Source: Planctomycetota bacterium (lineage in GTDB: Bacteria; Planctomycetota; UBA8108; SXIK01). Taken from it: 64,000 nucleotides of DNA. The stretch covers positions 6,944,001-7,008,000 of the forward strand of contig OZ244999.1 of assembly GCA_965223265.1 (NCBI GenBank). The letters are read 5' to 3'. Positions 39,672 through 51,016 of this stretch are shown in pieces. Position 1 is the stretch's first letter. The number at the start of each line of letters is the position of its first letter. A program made the translations under genes and the position numbers. The notes beneath the pieces were generated by a model. That model was not told where the DNA came from. It worked only from the letters and a program-made list of their open reading frames with translations, and did no database searches.

Positions 39672-42600
39672 ATGCGACAGAAATCTCTCTCGGTTCGCAT
39701 CTTCACGTTGCTGACCGTCGGTTCGAAGTTTCTCGGCGGCCTGTGCTTCGTTCTCGCAACTTGTCGCGTTGCCGTCGGCGGCGTCAGGATCACAGAAGTC
39801 TGCGCGGCGAACGCCGGTGATCATCGGGACATGGACGATGAAGCATCGGACTGGATCGAGCTATTCAACGACAGCGAACGACCCGCGAACCTCGAGGGTT
39901 GGTATCTGACCGACGACGCGAGCGATTTGAAGCGATGGAGATTGCCTGCGCTCCGCATGGCCCCGCATGGATTTCGCGTCGTGTTTTGCTCCGGCAAGGA
40001 TCGCGCCGCGGTCGACGGCGAGCTCCACACGAATTTCAAATTGTCGCAATCTGGAGAATTCCTGGGACTTGTCCGCCCGGATGGAGAGACGATCGAGACT
40101 CAATACGCCCCCCGATTCCCCGCTCAGTACGCGGGAGTCAGCTACGGCTTGGCGCAGAAATCACGATCGACTCGTTTGCTCGAACCAGACGCGAACGCCA
40201 GCGCCCTCGTTCCACTTGACGCTCACGTCGACGACAATTGGATCCGTAGAGATGAGGAAACGAACGAGACCAACGAGCCGTGGTTTCCGGTCAAGCTTGG
40301 AATCGGATTCCGTGCGTCAAGCGGTGCGACAGGCGTCGCCCATAGTCCTCGCACCGACATCGGCCAACGAATGCGCGGGCGAAGTACGAGCGTCTACCTT
40401 CGCATCCCTTTCGAAGTCGACCCGGCCTTGAACGTGAGCGTCCTGACACTTGAGATTCGCTTTCAAGGCGGATTCGTCGCCTATCTCAACGGTGAAGAGG
40501 TCGTACGTCACCACCTCTCGGGCGACGGCTGGAAGGCACGGGCTCGGTTTCATTTTCCTGGCGTTCGCACACGATCGTTCGAGCTAGCGTCGCATCGACA
40601 TCTGCTGCGAGCGGGGACTAACTGGCTCTCGGTTCACGCCGCCAGCTCCGACACGGAGGCGCGGTCGTTTCTCTTCGAGCCGCAGCTCCATGCGATCTCT
40701 GTTCGCAGCACGCTGAGCGGCGCGCACCGCTATTTCAACCAACCGACGCCAGGCAGCCCCAACGCTCGTGGGTTTCGCGGTGTCGCTCCGCGCCCGGCAG
40801 TCTCGATTGCGAGCGGTACTTACTCCCGGCGCTCTCTCACCGTTGAGCTCTCGAGTTCGCTGCCCAGAGCGCAGATCCGGTACACGACGGACGGCGCCGA
40901 ACCGACGGCGACGTCGCCGCTCTATTCGCGACCACTCCGAATCACAACGTCCACCGTCCTCAAGTCGAAGTGTTTCGCGCGGGGAAAGATCCCGAGCCCA
41001 ACGGCTATGCGCCACTATGTGCTCCTCCAACAAGAGACTTCTGACTTCAGCTCCAACCTCCCGGTGGTGATCGTCGAGACGTTCGGCCGCGGCATCGGTC
41101 CGGACTTCTACTCCCCCGCGTATCTCTCCATTCACACCGCCGCGCGCCACAGCGGGTCCGTCGACAAACCGAGACGTCGCTCTCGTGAAACACGAGGTCA
41201 GGCGGCACCAGCGGAACGAACTCGACTGGGGACGAAACCACACTTCGCAGGTCGCATCGGCATCAAGGTGCGAGGCTCAAGCACCGAGGGCAGAGAGAAA
41301 GCGTCGTACGCGTTCGAGACGTGGGACGTCCGGGGCGACGACGTCGCTGTGAGCCTTTTGGATTTGCCTGCGGACTCTGACTGGATCCTATACGGCCCGT
41401 ACAACTTTGACCGCACAATGATGCGAAACGCACTGATGTACGAGCTCAGCAATCGCCTCGGTCGGTACGCACCGCGCACACGCTTTATCGAAGTCTTCCT
41501 CAGTAAACAGGGCTCTCCGATCTCGGTGGAAGATCACTACGTTGGCGTCTACGTCTTGATCGAAAAGATCAAACCGGGACCAGACCGCGTCTCGATCGAT
41601 CCGGTAGACCGCCGCTCAGCCTCAGAACCTGAGCTCACGGGCGGCTACATGATGAAGATCGATCGCCGCGATCCCGGTGACTTCGGGTTCTACGCCGGCG
41701 GCCAGAACCTCAACTATGTTCATCCCAAAGAGGATGAAATCGCTCCCGTTCAAGCGGTCTGGATTCAGGACTACGTTAATCAGTTCGGGCGTGCGCTGGC
41801 ACGTACTCACGGCAGTCCGAGCGAGTCAAGTTATCGTGAGTTCGTCGAAGTCGACAGCTGTATAGATTTTCACATCCTCAACGAGTTCACAAAGAATCCC
41901 GACGGTTTCAAACTGAGCACCTACCTCTATAAGCCGCGTGGCGGCAAGCTCGTCATGGGGCCGATATGGGACTTCGACCGAACTATGGGACCGGACGAAG
42001 ACTATCGCGCAGCCGACCCGGTCGGTTGGTCTGACAATCGTCACTACGGTTGGTGGGCATACCTTCTGCGTGATCCAAGCTTTCGCGAGCAGTACCGCAA
42101 ACGATGGATTGCCATACGTCAGGACGTCTTCGCAGCAGAATCCATATTCGCGCTCATCGATGAGATGGAACGTGAACTTTCAGAAGCGCAAGAGCGCAAC
42201 TACTCTACTTGGTCGTTGTGGCTGGACAATGGGTATAGCGGTGAGGTGGCTCAACTCAAAGAGTGGATCGCTCACCGTCTTGAATGGATGGATTCGGAAC
42301 TCGTCGAATCGCCAAAGCTCGGGCACCACGGAGGTGTGGTCGATGGACCACTTACGCTGTCACTCGACAACCCAAACGGGGAAGGTAGCATTCTCTATAC
42401 GCTCAACGACGTTGACCCAAAGGACGCTCCCAACGCGCGAACGTACGGGGGAGCGTTTGTAATTGAGCGCAACGCTGCGATTCGGGCGCGCGTCCGGGCG
42501 GCTCCGGGCGTTTGGAGTGATGCGGTTGCGGCGTCCTTTCTCCTCGAAGTGCCGGCGATCGCCATCTCGGAGGTCATGTACCGTCCTCTCGCGGGGGACC

Positions 42601-43298
42601 TCTACGAGTTCGTCGAACTCTTCAATTTCGGCAACTCAGACGTTGACCTCGAAGGTTTTTCGCTTCGCGGTAGTGTCAGCCACACGTTCGGTGCGGTGCG
42701 GATTCCTGCCGGCGAGTACCGAATCATTGCAAGCGACGCAGAACGATTCGGACAGCGCCACCCTGCAGCCCGAGGAAGTCTCGTCGGCGAATTCGAGGGC
42801 TCGCTCAGTGACTACCGTGGCCAACTCGTGCTTCGCGGGAGCTCCAACGAGGCCTTGTTCACCCTTCGCTATCGAGGCGGATGGTTGGAGGAAGCTGCAG
42901 AACTTGGACACTCGATCGCCCTGCGAGACGCCACCGCACCAAGCTCCTGGTGGTCGCAGCGGGACAGTTGGCGCGCAAGCGTGGTTCCCGGCGGCTCGCC
43001 TGGTCGCTTGCTGCCGGAAGGATTCGGCCAAGTGGCGGGCGACACCAACCAGGACGGCCGCTTCGACATTCGAGACGCTCTCGAACTACTCCACGTTCTC
43101 TCTCGCGGTGAGCTGCACAGGTTGCCGTGCGCTGGCCGAAAACTCGAGAGTGCCGTGCAGACGCTCGATGCCACGGCCGATGGACGTCTCGATCTGCATG
43201 ATGTCCGTTCGATGCTCTCCCATCTCGTGGTCGGAGCGGACGACCCGTTTCCTGTCGACTGTCTACCGCTCGCCGATTGCCCGAGTTGGTGCAGATAG
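39672..43298 (+). CDS. Lamin-tail / Fn3-associated / CotH kinase / lamin-tail / dockerin protein
   Basis: VRITEVCAAN..SDWIELFN; IRYTTDGAEP; GIKVRGSST; NPDG; MGPIWDFD; ISEVMYRP; C-terminal GDTNQDGRFDIRDAL...DATADGRLDLHD. Start moved to ATG 39672. Confidence 0.85.
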   Translation: MRQKSLSVRIFTLLTVGSKFLGGLCFVLATCRVAVGGVRITEVCAANAGDHRDMDDEASDWIELFNDSERPANLEGWYLTDDASDLKRWRLPALRMAPHGFRVVFCSGKDRAAVDGELHTNFKLSQSGEFLGLVRPDGETIETQYAPRFPAQYAGVSYGLAQKSRSTRLLEPDANASALVPLDAHVDDNWIRRDEETNETNEPWFPVKLGIGFRASSGATGVAHSPRTDIGQRMRGRSTSVYLRIPFEVDPALNVSVLTLEIRFQGGFVAYLNGEEVVRHHLSGDGWKARARFHFPGVRTRSFELASHRHLLRAGTNWLSVHAASSDTEARSFLFEPQLHAISVRSTLSGAHRYFNQPTPGSPNARGFRGVAPRPAVSIASGTYSRRSLTVELSSSLPRAQIRYTTDGAEPTATSPLYSRPLRITTSTVLKSKCFARGKIPSPTAMRHYVLLQQETSDFSSNLPVVIVETFGRGIGPDFYSPAYLSIHTAARHSGSVDKPRRRSRETRGQAAPAERTRLGTKPHFAGRIGIKVRGSSTEGREKASYAFETWDVRGDDVAVSLLDLPADSDWILYGPYNFDRTMMRNALMYELSNRLGRYAPRTRFIEVFLSKQGSPISVEDHYVGVYVLIEKIKPGPDRVSIDPVDRRSASEPELTGGYMMKIDRRDPGDFGFYAGGQNLNYVHPKEDEIAPVQAVWIQDYVNQFGRALARTHGSPSESSYREFVEVDSCIDFHILNEFTKNPDGFKLSTYLYKPRGGKLVMGPIWDFDRTMGPDEDYRAADPVGWSDNRHYGWWAYLLRDPSFREQYRKRWIAIRQDVFAAESIFALIDEMERELSEAQERNYSTWSLWLDNGYSGEVAQLKEWIAHRLEWMDSELVESPKLGHHGGVVDGPLTLSLDNPNGEGSILYTLNDVDPKDAPNARTYGGAFVIERNAAIRARVRAAPGVWSDAVAASFLLEVPAIAISEVMYRPLAGDLYEFVELFNFGNSDVDLEGFSLRGSVSHTFGAVRIPAGEYRIIASDAERFGQRHPAARGSLVGEFEGSLSDYRGQLVLRGSSNEALFTLRYRGGWLEEAAELGHSIALRDATAPSSWWSQRDSWRASVVPGGSPGRLLPEGFGQVAGDTNQDGRFDIRDALELLHVLSRGELHRLPCAGRKLESAVQTLDATADGRLDLHDVRSMLSHLVVGADDPFPVDCLPLADCPSWCR

Positions 43299-43488
43299 TC
43301 CGATCTGACCTCGCAAGACGATGTTGCGGCTGCGCACACGCACACGCAGTCGCAAACCGTCTCGGCAGCGGGCGATCGCTGATCCCTACCTGCGACGAAG
43401 CTCTTCTGCGTTTGGGCTTCGGACAAGAATTGGCGACAACACAAGGGATCGACTCATGGCTCTGATGTCTCGGGGAGCCAAGGAGGAG

Positions 43489-44445
43489 TCACGCCCCCGT
43501 CATGTGCGCAAGAAACGGTTCGAGCGCCTTTCTAAGGCGACGCTGGTCGTCTGTGCCCCGCAAAGGCCCGGCAGCACGCAGACTCAGACCGGCGACCTCG
43601 GAGGCGAGCATCGCGGAGCGCACGGGATCGAGTCCTTGAGAAACTGCTGCCAGAAACGCTCCGGTGAAACAATCGCCCGCACCGTGATCGTCGACGACGT
43701 CGACTTGCGGCGCCGCGATCGATTTGATCTCTCCTCCATGGGAGACGATCGCACCCTTCGCGCCACGTTTGATCACCAGTGTCGAGACTCCCTGTTTGTG
43801 GAAGTAGTCAATCATCGACTTGGCTTCGCTGATGCCACTCACCATCCGCGCCCGCTGTTCGGTAACCAGTACGATCTCTACAAGCTCGAGCACGTGGGCA
43901 TGCTCTTTGACCACGCGCCCGATTTGCTGGCGAGTCGTTGCCGCTGCAAACAGGTCGAGAGAGATTCGCTTGCGGTGGGACCTCAGCTTACGAATGATGT
44001 CGATCAACCGCCGCGGCCAGACTCCACAGAGGAGCTCGGGTGCGGAGAAGTGAAAGAGGTTGCATGGTGATCGGTAGACGACCTCAGCAAAGTCGTATTC
44101 CCGATTGGTTCCTTCGTGCAGTAAGAAGGAGGGACGACCCCGCGCATCGTGTTGAATCAACGTCATCGGACTCGTACTACCGCTGATCAACTTGAGCCGC
44201 GTCACCTCGACGCTCTCCGCCTGCAGCTTCGTCTTCACGTACTGTCCGACGAGATCATCGCCGAGACAACCGACGAAAGCGGTTGAAGTTCCAAGTCGCG
44301 CCGCGACGATCGCAGCGTTGACAGCACTGCCGCCGACGTCGACGCGCATCGCAGGTATCGCAACAGTCGCCCCAGGTGGAACGGGGGGATGTTGGGGAAC
44401 ACTGATTTCCGCCGAGGAGTGCCCAGCGACGAACAGCTTCGCCAT
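43489..44445 (-). CDS. PfkB-family carbohydrate kinase
   Basis: GGSAVNAAIVAARLG, LGDD, IKRGAKGA, DDHGAGDCFTG. Confidence 0.9.
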   Translation of the reverse strand: MAKLFVAGHSSAEISVPQHPPVPPGATVAIPAMRVDVGGSAVNAAIVAARLGTSTAFVGCLGDDLVGQYVKTKLQAESVEVTRLKLISGSTSPMTLIQHDARGRPSFLLHEGTNREYDFAEVVYRSPCNLFHFSAPELLCGVWPRRLIDIIRKLRSHRKRISLDLFAAATTRQQIGRVVKEHAHVLELVEIVLVTEQRARMVSGISEAKSMIDYFHKQGVSTLVIKRGAKGAIVSHGGEIKSIAAPQVDVVDDHGAGDCFTGAFLAAVSQGLDPVRSAMLASEVAGLSLRAAGPLRGTDDQRRLRKALEPFLAHMTGA

Positions 44446-44646
44446 GGCAAGACCCTGTCACATAGCCGGTCGATTCACACAAAAACACATCCTGCCCCGA
44501 TGGAGACTACCATCGGGGCTTTTGCGTGTCCGCAAGGGCGATCGACACGCTCTGCCGGCCGAGAACGTGTGGCAGCTAACTGCTGTCTACGCTCTGGACA
44601 CTTCGGGTTTTGCCGACAGGGACTAGCTCTTAACTCAACGGGCGGT

Positions 44647-44811
44647 TAACAGCCTGTTGAAAAAGTGCTTCGAGTCGAAAACTGGTCGCTTCGCGTCCAG
44701 ATCGGCCGCGGCGAACGTAGGTAATCTCCGCGATTATCGAGGCTCGCCGCGGTCGATCTGGGCGTGAAGAGGCCAGTTTCTCGGCCGAATGACTTTTTCA
44801 ACGGGCTGTTA
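44647..44811 (+). mobile_element. MITE-like element, copy C (best-preserved TIRs)
   Basis: TAACAGCCTGTTGAAAAAGT...ACTTTTTCAACGGGCTGTTA, with TTAA at both boundaries. Confidence 0.85.
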
Positions 44812-46929
44812 ATCGCCGAATCGCGCCACGTCAGCGATTTCGGCAGGATCGCACTTCGCCCAGCTCTGGTCGTCTCCGACACGCAACTCCCAGGTCCCCT
44901 GTAGCTCGACCCGCTCGTCGCCATGCAACAGCGCTGGCTCGCCCTTGTAGATTCCACCACGACCACCGCGATCGAGGACTCGTACGGCGATGGTATTCCA
45001 AGAATCGTAGAGCAAGGACTTTGCCGGAACGTCGTATGAACGCTCAGCCGCGCCCCGATCGTTGTCGTCACCGGGAACGTCGGCTCCGAAACTCCCGGTT
45101 CGACCCACGAGCGCACCGTTGACGTACGCCGCGTGAGCATCATCGAGGTGTCCAAGTGTCAATGTCACTCGCTCCCCGTCGCTCCATGCGGCTGGAACTC
45201 GCACTAGGCAGCGATACCACGCAAAGCCGTCGTAGCTCGCCAAACCCTCGCACGTCAAGTTTCTCTTCCACGGCCTCGGCACGCACACTTCCTGCCAGTT
45301 GCTGCGATACTCCTCCAGCGTCAAACCGATCGGCGTCGCCGCGATCCACTTCAGAGCATTGGAAAGTAGATTCAGGAACGATCCGCTGGCGAAGTCCTCC
45401 GGATGCCCCAGGGAGGTATAGAACACCTTGGCCTCGTTCGGTCCGTACGAGTTCACCCAGGCGACTGGTTCCACCGGATGGCCGCTCACAGTTCCGGTGA
45501 GAAGAGGCCTCGCGGATGGAACGAGTGGCGACATCTTATAGAGAGACCCGCGCGAGACAAATGGCTTGGAGAGACCGCGAACGATAGGGTGCTCCAGGGC
45601 CTCGTTCGCGACGGACACAGTCAACGCGAGATCCGCCGCGTGATGCCCGCTGTATGTGCCGCCAAGGACATCGCGGTCGAAAGTCGCCCACGCGACGTGG
45701 CCGCTCTTGAGCTCACTGCGCGGCGCAAAAGCATGGCTGGCCGTTCGAATGGCGATGAGCGACTTGCCAGCATCGAGGTGAGATCGTAGAGCCGCCATGT
45801 CTCCTTCCGGCAGCCCGCGACGGCGGACGCTCAGGACAACGACGTCGGCATCGCGAACCGCGGCTGCGAAACCAGGGATCTCGTCGTCTCCAGGCGCGCC
45901 TTCCACAACCACGACGTCGAGTCCGTCTTGATCCCTCCATCGCTCCTTCGCGAAATTGACCAAGGTCTCTCGGGTGTTGTAGTGCGATTCCGCCACCGCC
46001 ACGACGACACGCGGCCGCACATCACCGCGAAATCTAAACGGCCTGCCACCGAGAATCTGATCGCTCGTCACCGTTGGGCAAACCATACGTTCGATGTGTT
46101 CGACGACCAAGTCTGTGCCACGGAAATGGCTAACGTACGGCCGTCGCGTCGGGTTGTACATGGTGTCGGTCATGTCCCGCATGAGCACGACATTCTTGCC
46201 GTTTCGCGCCATCTGCCGCAGTCCAAAAGGCCGACCGAGCACACACATGTTCGTATGCACGCCCATGAGGATCACATTGTCGATGCCACGTGCCTCGAGA
46301 AGGTTCCATGTCTCCTCTCCCGAGTCGGTGATTGCGTCACGATCCGGGTCGATCTCCAACAATCCGATCTGGCGCAGCCAGGGACTTCCGGGGCGCCGCC
46401 CCATCTGCTTCAACTTGCGATACCAATCGGCGTGAGCGTCCGGTTGGTCGTCCTCGCCGCCGTCGGTGTGGTCTATCGGGTACCCAATTGCCTTCTCGCG
46501 CGGGTCCTTCCAATGACACCAACTCCGGATGTCATCTGGCAGGTTGGATGCCGGCGGCGCGGCCTCGGCACGTTTTCGCGCTGGGTGTTTCTCGTAGAAT
46601 TTCATGCAGGACGACGGCGCATGGATCACGAAAGCGCCCCGTTGCCGTGCTGCACTCAGGACTTCGTTCATGCGCGGCGCGATTTCCTGCACCCGCTGCG
46701 TCGCTCCGAGGCAGTGATGCAGATCCCACATGTCGCACACGATCACCGCGGTGTCGCGCGACGGCCACTGCTGATCCTCGGTCCGCACCTCGTAGCGTCC
46801 GGAACCTGGAGCGGTTTCGACGCGTCGGCGAAGCGACAGTTCGAACGTAGAGTCGTCGGCGCGCGATGGTGTCGCAAGACCGAAAGAGAAAACCGCGACG
46901 AAGAATGCCAACGCGCGCGCACGTGTCAT
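44809..46929 (-). CDS. Secreted isochorismatase-like / ThuA-like / jelly-roll fusion protein
   Basis: VIVCDMWD and GVHTNMCV (cysteine hydrolase); IRTASHAF and FYTSLGHP (ThuA); GFAWYR..LG.LDD..YVNG (sugar-binding jelly roll). Confidence 0.78.
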   Translation of the reverse strand: MTRARALAFFVAVFSFGLATPSRADDSTFELSLRRRVETAPGSGRYEVRTEDQQWPSRDTAVIVCDMWDLHHCLGATQRVQEIAPRMNEVLSAARQRGAFVIHAPSSCMKFYEKHPARKRAEAAPPASNLPDDIRSWCHWKDPREKAIGYPIDHTDGGEDDQPDAHADWYRKLKQMGRRPGSPWLRQIGLLEIDPDRDAITDSGEETWNLLEARGIDNVILMGVHTNMCVLGRPFGLRQMARNGKNVVLMRDMTDTMYNPTRRPYVSHFRGTDLVVEHIERMVCPTVTSDQILGGRPFRFRGDVRPRVVVAVAESHYNTRETLVNFAKERWRDQDGLDVVVVEGAPGDDEIPGFAAAVRDADVVVLSVRRRGLPEGDMAALRSHLDAGKSLIAIRTASHAFAPRSELKSGHVAWATFDRDVLGGTYSGHHAADLALTVSVANEALEHPIVRGLSKPFVSRGSLYKMSPLVPSARPLLTGTVSGHPVEPVAWVNSYGPNEAKVFYTSLGHPEDFASGSFLNLLSNALKWIAATPIGLTLEEYRSNWQEVCVPRPWKRNLTCEGLASYDGFAWYRCLVRVPAAWSDGERVTLTLGHLDDAHAAYVNGALVGRTGSFGADVPGDDNDRGAAERSYDVPAKSLLYDSWNTIAVRVLDRGGRGGIYKGEPALLHGDERVELQGTWELRVGDDQSWAKCDPAEIADVARFGD

Positions 46930-47266
46930 GGTCGACCCCTCGAGTATCGATAGAAAAGCGATAAACAGCCTCACCAAAAGGTAAGAGCCTGCTCACGCGT
47001 TGACAAGGGGTTTGCCAGTGCGCCATTGCCCCGGTCAGCTCTCCCACGACGACGGAGTATCTGGCCAGACCGAGCATCAGCGTCGTTCGGATGCGTGCTG
47101 TCCGGTGGGCGTAGGCTCTCTTTTCGCGGCTGGCACGCTTTCGTCTGCACTCAGCGTGCGCGACCGCACGTGGTGCCCACTTCCTCTCGTGTCCGACTTG
47201 ACGCATACTGAACGCATTCGTCGCGAACTCTCCCACCTTTGAACAATCTACTTCGGGGTCCTCTCT

Positions 47267-48286
47267 ATGCTCATCAAACCGGTGTATTCGCAGCGGCGCC
47301 ACTTCCACCTGCTCACGTTCTGGATGTCTGTTCTTGCCGTCTCGTCACTCGTCGCGGCAGACCCATGGGTGGTCTACGAGGGCGAAAAGGGACCGGGCAA
47401 CGGCAAGCACATCGTACTTCTTTCCGGTGATGACGAGTATCGCTCCGAGGAGGGACTCCCGATGTTGGGAAAGATCCTTTCGGTGCGTCACGGTTTCAAG
47501 TGCACCGTGCTCTTCGCCATCAACCCTGAAGACGGGACGATCACTCCAAATCACCAGACATACATCCCAGGACTCCATCATCTTCAATCCGCCGACATGC
47601 TCGTGATCGCATTGCGATTTCGAGAACTCCCGGACGAAGACATGAAGTACATTGACGAGTACACGCATTCCGGCAAGCCGATCCTGGGTCTGCGCACCGC
47701 GACGCACGCTTTCAGCTATTCTCGCAATCCAGCGAGTCGGTACGCGCACTACAGTTTCAACAGCGAGAAGTGGGTCGGGGGCTTCGGCCAACAGGTTCTC
47801 GGAGACACTTGGGTCAACCACCACGGTAGCCACGGCAACGAGAGCACCCGCGGCCTCATCAACGGACTGCATCAGAAGCACCCAGTGCTGCGCGGCGTCG
47901 ACGACATTTGGGGACCGACTGACGTTTACGGCATTCGCGAACTCGGCCCGGATGCGACGGTGCTCGTCTTCGGACAAGTCCTGACGGGCATGAAACCTTC
48001 GGACCCACCGAACTATGGCAAGTCGCTCATGCCTCTGGTGTGGACGCGCGACTTCACCGGCAAGCACGGTAAGACGTCGAAGGTCATCTGCACGACCATG
48101 GGAGCGTCGTTTGACCTCAAAAGCGCCGGCCTCAGACGCCTCCTCGTCAACGCTTGCTACTGGGCACTCGAAATCAAGAACGCTCCAGAGACCGCAAACG
48201 TCGACTACGTCGGTGACTATAAACCGACGCCCTTCGGATTCGGCAACTTTGTCCGCGGCGTCAAACCGCAGGAACATCGACTGTAG
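47267..48286 (+). CDS. ThuA-like domain protein, secreted
   Basis: SGDDEYRSEE, LRTATHAF, WVNHHG, CTTMGAS. Confidence 0.8.
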   Translation: MLIKPVYSQRRHFHLLTFWMSVLAVSSLVAADPWVVYEGEKGPGNGKHIVLLSGDDEYRSEEGLPMLGKILSVRHGFKCTVLFAINPEDGTITPNHQTYIPGLHHLQSADMLVIALRFRELPDEDMKYIDEYTHSGKPILGLRTATHAFSYSRNPASRYAHYSFNSEKWVGGFGQQVLGDTWVNHHGSHGNESTRGLINGLHQKHPVLRGVDDIWGPTDVYGIRELGPDATVLVFGQVLTGMKPSDPPNYGKSLMPLVWTRDFTGKHGKTSKVICTTMGASFDLKSAGLRRLLVNACYWALEIKNAPETANVDYVGDYKPTPFGFGNFVRGVKPQEHRL

Positions 48287-48319
48287 CACGACAGACCCGA
48301 AGGCGGAGAATCGAATTCG

Positions 48320-48844
48320 ATGAGCGATGAGTTGAGCTTAGCCACGTTCGGCGCCGGTTGTTTTTGGTGTGTCGAGGCCGTCTACCTTCAGCTGGACGGC
48401 GTCACCAAGGTGGAGTCTGGATACATGGGCGGCGACGTCGTCGACCCGACGTACGAGCAGGTCTGCTCAGGGACGACCGGGCACGCCGAGGTCGTCCAAG
48501 TGACCTTCGACCCGGCGAAGGTTTCCTTCGCAGACCTTCTCGATCTTTTCTGGCGCTTACACGATCCAACGACTCCCAATCGACAAGGCAACGACGTCGG
48601 CACGCAGTACCGCTCTGCCGTCTTTTACCACTCAGAGGAGCAACGCGCCGACGCCGAAGAGTCGAAGCAGGCGCTCGACGCAGCCGGGACCTACGCCTCT
48701 CCCGTCGTCACCGAAATCACCCCAGCGACGACGTTTTATAGGGCGGAAGACTACCACCAGGACTACTACCGCTCCAACAAGGCGCAGCCGTACTGCGCTT
48801 ACGTCATCGCGCCAAAGCTCGGCAAGCTGGGCCTCGAAACTTAG
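48320..48844 (+). CDS. msrA: Peptide methionine sulfoxide reductase A
   Basis: [35 protein letters not shown]. Confidence 0.97.
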   Translation: MSDELSLATFGAGCFWCVEAVYLQLDGVTKVESGYMGGDVVDPTYEQVCSGTTGHAEVVQVTFDPAKVSFADLLDLFWRLHDPTTPNRQGNDVGTQYRSAVFYHSEEQRADAEESKQALDAAGTYASPVVTEITPATTFYRAEDYHQDYYRSNKAQPYCAYVIAPKLGKLGLET

Positions 48845-49014
48845 TCTCACGCTCCACCGTCCCACGTGGCGACGTTGCATCGATCGCGACACCTCCGGAG
48901 TTATAGGAATTCGCGCCGCCCGCACTGCCTCGCCCGTGAAGGGATAGCCACCCGAGCGGCCGAAAAATGTGTCAGCAGCGATTGCACTCCGACGCGGTGG
49001 CAGTCAAACTTGAG

Positions 49015-49446
49015 ATGATGACGAACGCTGCTGCTCTTCTCTCATGGCTCCAGATCTGCGTGATCACGGTTTCGAGCTTCGGTTCGATTTGCTGTGACGC
49101 AGCCCCTAAATGCTGCCGTAAACAAACCCAGAGAGCGGAGTCGTCGAGTCCAACATCGCCGACTTGCTGCGGAGCGAAGAATAGAACTGCGTCCCAGCCG
49201 CAGACCGCAGCCGAGGCTCCGCCGCGTGACGCGAAGACGCGAGCGCAAACTTGCGCCTGCCACAAGACCCCGTTGACGCCACGGGGCAGCGACGTCGAGT
49301 GCGCCGCGCCGTCGGCGCCACTGCAGCCGGACACGCCTACCGCCGGCCCTCCTCGTCGCGTGGCGCACGCTTCCGCCGCCCCATCCAAAGCTACTTGGCC
49401 TCCGTGCCAAGCCCGAGCACCACCGGACGCTATCGGTCTGTCCTGA
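49015..49446 (+). CDS. Small Cys-rich putative metal-binding protein preceding the efflux operon
   Basis: Hydrophobic N-terminus then ICCD, KCCR, TCCG, CACH; located directly upstream of the TolC gene. Confidence 0.5.
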   Translation: MMTNAAALLSWLQICVITVSSFGSICCDAAPKCCRKQTQRAESSSPTSPTCCGAKNRTASQPQTAAEAPPRDAKTRAQTCACHKTPLTPRGSDVECAAPSAPLQPDTPTAGPPRRVAHASAAPSKATWPPCQARAPPDAIGLS

Positions 49447-49558
49447 CCGTTCGCTCGACTAGTGTCCCATCCCCCGAACCATCAGGTTCACATCACTCGG
49501 GCCGCTCGGTGCAGCGCATGCATACGTGCGCGCCGTGCACCACGCTTTGGAGCCAGAC

Positions 49559-51016
49559 ATGCTGCCGTTACCAGTGGCCTTCCAACGAACATGTCGCCTT
49601 CGCCGTCAGCGCTGGAGGAGTCATGGCCCTCTTGTCGCTGCTGCAATGATCGCCGCCAGCGGCTGCGCTGCTGTAGACCAAGCACCGCGACGAGTCAACG
49701 CTGTGCCGCTGCTACGCCAACGCCACCTGGAGACATCCCCGGGGGCGGCGGGAAAGCCAAGCGCACGCGGCGACGCGCCACGCTCTCTCCCAGTAGAAGC
49801 GACGCTCGACGACTACCGGCTCTTCGCAGCCGAGAATAATCCGAAGCTCCGTGCTCTCTACCACGAGTGGCGTGCGATGTCGGAACGGTCGGCGCAAGCA
49901 CGATCGCTCCCCGAGCCGCGGGTGACCTACAGTGAGTATTTGCGTTCAGTCGAAACGCGCACCGGCCCCCAGGAACGCAGTGTTGGTGTTATGCAACCGC
50001 TGCCCTGGTTGGGAAAGCTTCGCCTTCGCGGCAGAGTTGCTGAAGCGGCGGCTCGAGCAGCGTGGGAGCGTTTCTTTGCGGCGCAGCTCGAACTCGATCA
50101 CAAAGTGCGGACAACATTCGCTGATTACTACTTCCTGGAGAGATCCATCGCGATCACACGCTCCAATCTGGAGCTGCTCTCTGAACTAGAGGCAGTCGCG
50201 CGCCGTCGTGTCGCCGCCGGCACCGGCGACCACCACGACGTAGCGCGCCTGCAGGCCGAAATCGGCCGACTTTCGGACCGCATCGAAACCGATCAAGACC
50301 TGCGCCGGCCACTCGTCGCCAAGCTGAACGCCCTTCTCGGACGGCAACGCGAGCTCGAGGTAGCGCCGCCCAAGACGCTTCCCGAACCGCCGGCACTGCC
50401 AGACGACGAGACCGTGCGTCGACTCGTCCGCGAGCACAACCCCGAACTTCTCGCACTCCACGAAGAGGTCGAACGCGCCGCCCTAGGAAAGAAGCTGGCT
50501 CGCCAAGAGTATTTCCCTGACGTCGCAGTCGGCTTTCAAACGATCCTCACAGAGAACGCTCGAGTCCCCAACACCCGCGATAGCGGCCAAGATCCATGGC
50601 TACTGACGTTCGCCGTGGAACTCCCCGTGTGGATCGGGAAGTACCGCGCTCAAGAGCGAGAAGCCGCAGCCCAGTGGCAGGCAGCATCGGAGCGCAAGCG
50701 CGATGCAGAGAGCGAGCTCATCGCCGAAGTCGAACTCAGCCTGCATCACCTTCGCGATGCGGAAAGACGGATCACACTCTACGGGCGGTCGCTTGTGCCA
50801 ATCGCGCGCGAGGCGCTGAAATCGACAGAGAGTGGATTTCAAGCTGGAACGGATGACTTCCTTGAACTGATCGACGCCGAGGGCGTCCTTCTCGATTTTC
50901 GCCTCGCTGGCGAGCGCGCGCACGCCGACCGCCTGCGCGCTAGCGCCGCGCTCGATCGCTTGCTTGGAAGATTCGAGCTGGCGGGAAGCCCGCGCCAACA
51001 GGAGACATCGTCATGA
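49559..51016 (+). CDS. TolC-family outer-membrane efflux lipoprotein (CusC-like)
   Basis: Lipobox ASGC; NNPKL, QPLPWLGKL, HNPEL, YFPD motifs; ATGA-coupled to cusB. Confidence 0.85.
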   Translation: MLPLPVAFQRTCRLRRQRWRSHGPLVAAAMIAASGCAAVDQAPRRVNAVPLLRQRHLETSPGAAGKPSARGDAPRSLPVEATLDDYRLFAAENNPKLRALYHEWRAMSERSAQARSLPEPRVTYSEYLRSVETRTGPQERSVGVMQPLPWLGKLRLRGRVAEAAARAAWERFFAAQLELDHKVRTTFADYYFLERSIAITRSNLELLSELEAVARRRVAAGTGDHHDVARLQAEIGRLSDRIETDQDLRRPLVAKLNALLGRQRELEVAPPKTLPEPPALPDDETVRRLVREHNPELLALHEEVERAALGKKLARQEYFPDVAVGFQTILTENARVPNTRDSGQDPWLLTFAVELPVWIGKYRAQEREAAAQWQAASERKRDAESELIAEVELSLHHLRDAERRITLYGRSLVPIAREALKSTESGFQAGTDDFLELIDAEGVLLDFRLAGERAHADRLRASAALDRLLGRFELAGSPRQQETSS

